Positions 58,325-64,000 of a DNA stretch of 64,000 nucleotides are shown piece after piece; position 1 is the stretch's first letter; every line of letters starts with the position of its first letter. The notes beneath the pieces are model-generated. The model was not told where the DNA came from and did no database searches. It worked only from the letters and a program-made list of their open reading frames with translations. This stretch comes from an uncultured bacterium (GTDB lineage Bacteria; Zhuqueibacterota; QNDG01; DSAB01), in NCBI GenBank assembly GCA_964537715.1, contig CAZIAH010000002.1, forward strand, positions 536-64,535. The letters run 5' to 3'. The position numbers and the translations under genes were made by a program.

Positions 58325-59089
58325 ATGTTTATGAAAAATCAATTTCGAATGATTCGAACATTTTTAGTCGTTTTGCTTTTCGTCCAGGGAGGGATTCTTT
58401 TCGGACTCGACGGTTCGGAACGATCCGAAAATGAAAACCGAACAACAAAACCTGCTTCCCTCTGTTTTAGGACGGCTCTGATACCCTCCGCTAATGAATC
58501 TACGGTTTCGGAACAGCCTGCTACTCCATCAAAAGCCAAAGCGTTTTTTCTTTCTTTCCTATTGCCGGGAGCCGGTGAATACTATGCGGGTTCGAAAAAA
58601 ATGGCCAAGATTTTCCTGGGAACCGAAACCCTGCTGTGGTCGACCTATTTTTCGTTTCGGATATACGGGAACTGGAAAAAGAGCGATTACGAACTGTATG
58701 CCGTTTCACATGCTGGAATTCAGCCGGCAGGAAAAGATCATAAATACTATGTTGCTATGGAGAACTACAACAGCCTCCGCGAATACAACGAAGCGAAGCT
58801 TCGTCAGCGCAATCTTGCCGATCTTTATCCTGAAGATGAACAACATAACTGGCAGTGGGACAACAAGGATTCACGTCGGAAATTCGGCACGCTTCGTGTT
58901 GCGAGCGACCGGGCTTACAATCGCTCTCTTTTTGTCATCGGCGGTGTGCTCATTAACCATCTCATCAGCGGGATTGATGCACTTCGGCTGGCGAAAAAAG
59001 AAGAAAGCAGGCACAATCAGGATATACAAGTGGGAGTTGCGGGATTGCCGGAAGGTGGAATGGTTTTGAGTGTATGGAAAGTTTTCTGA
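58325..59089 (+). CDS. Exported hypothetical protein (DUF5683-like), paralogue 2
   Basis: GGAG before ATG 58325 (track start 58223); KAKAFFLSFLLPGAGEYYAG; INHLISGIDA; terminal Phe. Confidence 0.7.
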   Translation: MFMKNQFRMIRTFLVVLLFVQGGILFGLDGSERSENENRTTKPASLCFRTALIPSANESTVSEQPATPSKAKAFFLSFLLPGAGEYYAGSKKMAKIFLGTETLLWSTYFSFRIYGNWKKSDYELYAVSHAGIQPAGKDHKYYVAMENYNSLREYNEAKLRQRNLADLYPEDEQHNWQWDNKDSRRKFGTLRVASDRAYNRSLFVIGGVLINHLISGIDALRLAKKEESRHNQDIQVGVAGLPEGGMVLSVWKVF

Positions 59090-59129
59090 AATAGTTTATT
59101 TTGTGTATTTGATCTTTTTTTCTTTTTTC

Positions 59130-59158
59130 TTGACATTGGTTATATTTTCTTATATAAT
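59130..59158 (+). promoter_or_regulatory. Consensus sigma-70 promoter
   Basis: TTGACA (59130-59135) - 17 nt - TATAAT (59153-59158). Confidence 0.8.
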
Positions 59159-59292
59159 ATAGGACTTTTTTATATAACAGAATTTGTCGGAGAACATTGA
59201 TTAAAGTATAGCGAATCAGGAGTTGTTTTCAAATTCAAGTGTAGGAATTGGAGATTTCAAGAAAACACTTAATTTTTCGCACCCGTGTTTGA

Positions 59293-60519
59293 ATGGAGCA
59301 TGAAAATTCGATGACAAAGGTGACAGAACAATCACATGATGGATTTACGCTTTTTATCACCACGAACGGTGAGCATGAGTATTTTATTACTTCCCGAATT
59401 GAAAACGAACAGTATAAACCCACTGAGATCACTCAAACGGTATATCAAAGAATAACAGAAATTCTCAATCAATCCAATTTGCGAATCGTTCACGAACGCA
59501 TCTTTGGCAGCAATTCGCTCTATGATGAAATTATGCTGAAGCGAAAGGAAATCCTTCAAAAAAACGGTATTACAGAAGAGCTGCCTGTCACCTATATTCA
59601 GGGGCAGCCGATTTGGGGAGAGGGATTGGCAGGCGTTCAAATACGGGCTGTCCGATTAGACAATGCCAGTGATAAAGTGTGGACGATCTATGATCAGGAT
59701 GTTCCCTGCGGCCGCGGATGGAATCGGAACGGCGCAACATTCCTGATGCTCCATAATATTCATGGGTTGAATCGGGACAGGAAGAATGATAATGCTCGGG
59801 AAGATCAGGCATCCAGGATGTTCGACTGGGCCAATCGATTGCTTAAAAAACAGGGGGCCGGTTTTCAAAATGTGGTGCGTACCTGGATCTATCTTTCCGA
59901 TATATTAGATTGGTATAAAGAGTTCAACATCGCAAGAAATAAACAGTTTCACACTTTTCGTCTACTGGACGATTCAAGAGAAAATTTGGAAGCCGAGAAG
60001 ATATATCTCCCGGCAAGCACAGGGATCGAGGGAGATAATCCTCTTGGTGCAGCCGGCGTGATGGATGTTTTGGCCGTGCTTCCTAAAAAAATGGGTTCGC
60101 TGAAGATTCAGCCCCAGAGCGGAGCCAAACAAAAATCGCCATATCGATACGGCTCGGCGTTTTCACGATCTATTTCTATCCAGGAAAAGGAGTTGACGTA
60201 CATCATGCTCTCGGGGACAGCGGCTATCGACAATCACGGTAAGAGTCTCTATCCTGGGGATGCCCGCGCCCAGATTAAAAAAACGATTGATGTGGTCGAA
60301 GCGTTGGTTGCCAAAGAGGGCGGGAAATTGCGTGACATCTGTGAAGCCACCACTTTTTTGAAGCGGGCCGAGGATATATCGATTTACAACGAGGTGATCT
60401 CCGAATATGGTTTGGAACACATGCCGGCCATTTGTGTAGTTGCAGATGTATGCCGCGACGAATTGCTGTTTGAACTGGATGCGATGGTTTCCTTCTTCAA
60501 TTCTTCTTCGAATGAGTAA
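59293..60519 (+). CDS. Tandem-domain Rid (YjgF/UK114)-like protein, chorismatase FkbO/Hyg5-like
   Basis: VVRTWIYLSDI...FNIARN...LPASTGIEG; FSR...LSGTAAID...GDARAQIKKT...ADVCRDELLFELDA. Confidence 0.7.
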   Translation: MEHENSMTKVTEQSHDGFTLFITTNGEHEYFITSRIENEQYKPTEITQTVYQRITEILNQSNLRIVHERIFGSNSLYDEIMLKRKEILQKNGITEELPVTYIQGQPIWGEGLAGVQIRAVRLDNASDKVWTIYDQDVPCGRGWNRNGATFLMLHNIHGLNRDRKNDNAREDQASRMFDWANRLLKKQGAGFQNVVRTWIYLSDILDWYKEFNIARNKQFHTFRLLDDSRENLEAEKIYLPASTGIEGDNPLGAAGVMDVLAVLPKKMGSLKIQPQSGAKQKSPYRYGSAFSRSISIQEKELTYIMLSGTAAIDNHGKSLYPGDARAQIKKTIDVVEALVAKEGGKLRDICEATTFLKRAEDISIYNEVISEYGLEHMPAICVVADVCRDELLFELDAMVSFFNSSSNE

Positions 60520-60659
60520 AGATCCTCTTTGTCAATGATCTGTTCAATATCAAATTGAAATCAATAGAACATCGCAAGCCATCTCCGAATCAATTCATCC
60601 GTTTCCGTCGATATAAATAATATCTGTTATTTCTTCGATCCATGAAAAAAGGATTTTAG

Positions 60660-63600
60660 GTGAAAGTGGGTTTACGCTTTTTGCCAACTTTATTGTCGGC
60701 CATTCTTATTTTTTGTGTGCTTGTTGTGTCCGGCGTGCTCGCCGTGGCGACTTTTATCGAGAATGATTTTGGGGCGGAAGCTGCCCGGGCTGAAGTTTAT
60801 GATGCTGTCTGGTTTCAGGGACTGGCTCTTTTTACTCTATTCGTTTTTACATTGCTTATTCTATTAAAAAAAATCTGGCAGAGAGGCAAGCGAACCGTTT
60901 TTTTATTTTATGCGGGGATTTTACTTGTATTTGCCGGTTATGGCATAACTCAATATATCGGTTATCACGGTTTTCTCCATCTCAGAGAGGGGGAAACTTC
61001 CGATCAGATCGAATCCTCAAATTCTTTTCTTCAAGTTCATATTAAAAAAAATCACAAGAAAAACGTCTTTCAAAAAGCGCTCTTATGTTCTCCGATCACA
61101 CGAAACGGGTTTCATCAGAAAATTCACTTCAAAAACGAAACATTTCACGTCCGGTGTTTAAATTATTTCCAAAATGGAACAGGCGAAATTGTGGAAGATC
61201 CCCGGGGCTGTCCGGTTATATTGCTGCAGGTGGCCAACCGTGATGAGATCCGAAACGTGCCGATGCAGGTAAAAGAAACGCGGAAGATCGGCCATGCGGT
61301 GATCGGATTTCAGACGGAAATTCCGGATTCTCTTCCGTGGATTCGAATTGAGGTGAAGGGAAATCAGCCGGTTCTTTCCGCTTCGCAGTCCATGACGATC
61401 CGATCGATGATCGATTTTCGACGTCGAACTGTTTCTCCGAAGACTCAAATTGATTTTCTCCCCTTTCAACTCTATGAAGTCGGATCACTGAAATTCGGGC
61501 TGGAGCATTGCTATCCCAAAGGCCGGATCGAAGCCGTCGATCTTTCCAATGTTCCCGGATTCGAACCGCTGTCTTCGGATCGTCAAAGCGTTCTGATTGT
61601 TGAAATTCAAACCGGAGAGGAGAAGAAGCAGGCCGTTCTGTTCAGAGAGTCCGACCGAAAGGGAATCGTTCGTCATATCACGCTGAAAGGTTACGAGATC
61701 GATTTGTCCTATGGTTCAAAAAAGATCATGCTGCCTTTTGCGGTTCGGCTCGAGGACTTTCAAGTCGAGCGCTATCCCGGTTCACAGAAGCCTTCGGGTT
61801 TTGCCAGCAATGTGGTGGTTGAAGATGCCGACAGGGGAATCCGAATGAATTACCGTATTTATATGAATCACACTCTGAAATATCGCGGATACCGGTTCTT
61901 TCAATCTTCTTTCGATGAAGATGAAGCCGGGTCTGTGCTTTCGGTTTCCTACGATCCCGGAACACTGGTTTTCTATGCCGGTTATCTCCTGATCCTTTTG
62001 AGTTTTTTTATCAATCTGTTTCTTCCCAACGGGCGGTTTCGCAGGTTGAGTGAAAGAATCCGCCAATTGTCTTTGTCCCGATCCGTGGCAGTCGGGATGA
62101 TGATTCTGTCGCTGTCCGTTGTTTTTCCAGCCTCTATTTTTTCAGAATCCCAAACAGAAAATCCGTCACAGACTATCGCGCGATTCGATCTCTCTCACAG
62201 CAGAAAATTCGGGGAACTTTTGATTCAGGATCCGGGAGGCCGAATCAAACCGCTGAATAGTTTCGGTCAAGAACTTATGCACGATTTGTTCTATCCGAAC
62301 CGCGCGCTCGGTCTGCATTCCGATCAGATGGTTTTGAGCATGGTGATTCAGCCCACCTTGTGGTTCGACATCCCGGCCATAAAGATCGATGATCCGGAAA
62401 TCAATCTGCGAATCGGGACCAAGCCCGGCCAAAAATGGGCTTCCTACGACGATTGTTTTGATACGCAATCGAATCGGTTCAAATTGATCCGGGAATATCA
62501 GACAGCTCAATCCAAAACGGGACACCAGCGAACTCGGTTCGATAAAGCCGTTCTCCATATGCAAAAACGGATTGCCGTTCTGGAACAGGCATTGGATGCG
62601 AGCCGGTACCGTCTTTTCCCGGATTCGGGAAATCCTTCCGGTCCATGGCATTCCATTGCTCGGGAGCCATTGTGGCTTGATTATGAAAAATCTGTCCGGG
62701 ATGCTTTGCAGACGGGAAATTGGAATCAAGCTGAGAATGCTCTTTCTGAAATTCGTCAATATCAAACAGAAAACGGATCGGATGGTCTTCCCGGTCAAAG
62801 TCGGATTCGAGCGGAAATTGCTTATAATGAATTCCAGCTTCCGAAGCGACTGATTTTTTGGATTTTGGTGCTGGGCGTTTTGTTGATGATCGTATCGGTC
62901 CTTCGTATTTTCATCGATTTGCCGCTGCTTCATAGAATTTCAAAAATAGTTGTGATTTTGTTGTTTGTCGCGTTTCTTTTTCAAACGTTCGGTTTGGATC
63001 TCCGATGGATTGCATCCGGTCATGCCCCCTGGAGCAATCAATACGAGTCGATGATTTTTACTGCCTGGGTGGTTCTATTTTCCGGATGGGTCCTCTCGAG
63101 AAGAAATACCATCCCTTTGGCGACTGCGTCTCTCCTCTCTGGAGCGGTTCTCAAGGCAGCCCATTTGCCCTGGGTCGATCCGAAGATCACAAATCTACCG
63201 CCGGTACTGAAGTCTCACTGGATGCTTACCCACGTTTCCATCATTATATCGAGTTATGGTTTTTTCGGATTGAGTGCATTTTTGGGACTGATCGTACTTC
63301 TCCTCTTTATTTTTAAAAGACAAAAATCTGCGCTTCGTGTCGAATCGGCCATTCAATTCCTGACCTATATCAGTGAGCAATCAATCCATCTCGGTTATCT
63401 GCTCGTTTTATCGGGAACCTTTTTAGGAGCTGTCTGGGCCAATGAATCCTGGGGAGGATATTGGGGCTGGGATTCGAAAGAAACGTGGACGCTCATTGTG
63501 ATCCTTGTTTATACGATCATTGTTCACCTGTATCGTTTTCCGCAACTGTATTCCAGCTTTATTTTCAATCTCAGTGGTGTTCTTGCTTTTTTTACGATTT

Positions 63601-63764
63601 TAATGACCTACATCGGAGTGAATTTCTATTTGTCGGGTCTTCATTCCTATGCATCCGGAGATCCGATGCCCATTCCGGTTTTTTTCTATATCATTCTTAT
63701 CTTCATCATGATAATCACAGTTCTGGCTTTTCGAAAGAGAAAATTAACGTTTTTTAAAGATTGA
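60660..63764 (+). CDS. ccsA: Fused System II cytochrome c synthase CcsBA (ResB-CcsA)
   Basis: ATFIENDFG..AA...VY...WF; ResB motifs LPFAVRLEDF, IYMNHTLKYRGYRFFQSSFD; SGHAPWSNQYES, THVS, GAVWANESWGGYWGWDSKETW, SGLHSY. Confidence 0.93.
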   Translation: MKVGLRFLPTLLSAILIFCVLVVSGVLAVATFIENDFGAEAARAEVYDAVWFQGLALFTLFVFTLLILLKKIWQRGKRTVFLFYAGILLVFAGYGITQYIGYHGFLHLREGETSDQIESSNSFLQVHIKKNHKKNVFQKALLCSPITRNGFHQKIHFKNETFHVRCLNYFQNGTGEIVEDPRGCPVILLQVANRDEIRNVPMQVKETRKIGHAVIGFQTEIPDSLPWIRIEVKGNQPVLSASQSMTIRSMIDFRRRTVSPKTQIDFLPFQLYEVGSLKFGLEHCYPKGRIEAVDLSNVPGFEPLSSDRQSVLIVEIQTGEEKKQAVLFRESDRKGIVRHITLKGYEIDLSYGSKKIMLPFAVRLEDFQVERYPGSQKPSGFASNVVVEDADRGIRMNYRIYMNHTLKYRGYRFFQSSFDEDEAGSVLSVSYDPGTLVFYAGYLLILLSFFINLFLPNGRFRRLSERIRQLSLSRSVAVGMMILSLSVVFPASIFSESQTENPSQTIARFDLSHSRKFGELLIQDPGGRIKPLNSFGQELMHDLFYPNRALGLHSDQMVLSMVIQPTLWFDIPAIKIDDPEINLRIGTKPGQKWASYDDCFDTQSNRFKLIREYQTAQSKTGHQRTRFDKAVLHMQKRIAVLEQALDASRYRLFPDSGNPSGPWHSIAREPLWLDYEKSVRDALQTGNWNQAENALSEIRQYQTENGSDGLPGQSRIRAEIAYNEFQLPKRLIFWILVLGVLLMIVSVLRIFIDLPLLHRISKIVVILLFVAFLFQTFGLDLRWIASGHAPWSNQYESMIFTAWVVLFSGWVLSRRNTIPLATASLLSGAVLKAAHLPWVDPKITNLPPVLKSHWMLTHVSIIISSYGFFGLSAFLGLIVLLLFIFKRQKSALRVESAIQFLTYISEQSIHLGYLLVLSGTFLGAVWANESWGGYWGWDSKETWTLIVILVYTIIVHLYRFPQLYSSFIFNLSGVLAFFTILMTYIGVNFYLSGLHSYASGDPMPIPVFFYIILIFIMIITVLAFRKRKLTFFKD

Positions 63765-63778
63765 CAAAGAATTCTTTC

Positions 63779-64000
63779 ATGAAAAAACTTTTAGTGACTG
63801 GCGGAAGCGGCTTGATCGGTGGGCATATTGCTTCCAAAGCGAATACGGCATGGGAAGTCTATGCCACCTGTCGGTCCAATCCTGTGGATCTGTCATCCGT
63901 TCAATCGATCCTGTTGCGGCTTGAAGATAAAGATTCGATTCCGAAGGTCATCCAACAGATTCGGCCCGATGTGGTGATTCACTGCGCGGCTTGGAGCGAC
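63779..64000 (+). CDS. NAD(P)-dependent SDR, dTDP-4-dehydrorhamnose reductase-like (runs off the right edge)
   Basis: Hand translation MKKLLVTGGSGLIGGHIA...IRPDVVIHCAAWSD. Confidence 0.8.
   Translation, partial: MKKLLVTGGSGLIGGHIASKANTAWEVYATCRSNPVDLSSVQSILLRLEDKDSIPKVIQQIRPDVVIHCAAWSD

Overview
Bacterial chromosomal window, genetic code 11. The lineage is most likely FCB-group outside Bacteroidota (KSB1/Calditrichota-like); this is inferred from porV plus many YPNPFNP-type C-terminal sorting domains (CTDs). Left end: housekeeping genes (partial uvrA, TPR protein, lepA-lepB-hemW), a HEAT-repeat membrane protein and tRNA-Asn(GTT). Directly after the tRNA is an AT-rich island (~9.1-14.0 kb) holding the strongest novel candidate, a RiPP-like cluster. 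It comprises a 95-aa precursor ending in (Met-Gly-Cys)x4-SDIM, a radical SAM/SPASM enzyme and a cytoplasmic S9 peptidase, and it is closed by a serine-recombinase remnant. The middle is a cell-surface block: a TPR lipoprotein, two CBM9-CTD paralogues (one with an in-frame TGA), glycan-modification genes, two decayed CTD remnants and a 2.7-kaa GEVED/SdrD/GH99-like adhesin. It also holds a YdaL/YdaM-like exopolysaccharide operon with a diderm-style outer-membrane barrel and two Cys-rich 8-bladed propeller cargos. Right part: a YfiR-controlled histidine-kinase operon and a porV operon preceded by a structured terminator/antiterminator leader. The porV operon includes an M6 pseudo-protease and a peptidase-propeller-Omp85 fusion. 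The window ends with a Rid-family protein, fused CcsBA cytochrome c synthase and a partial SDR. All family assignments are from motif recognition by eye; no database searches were run.
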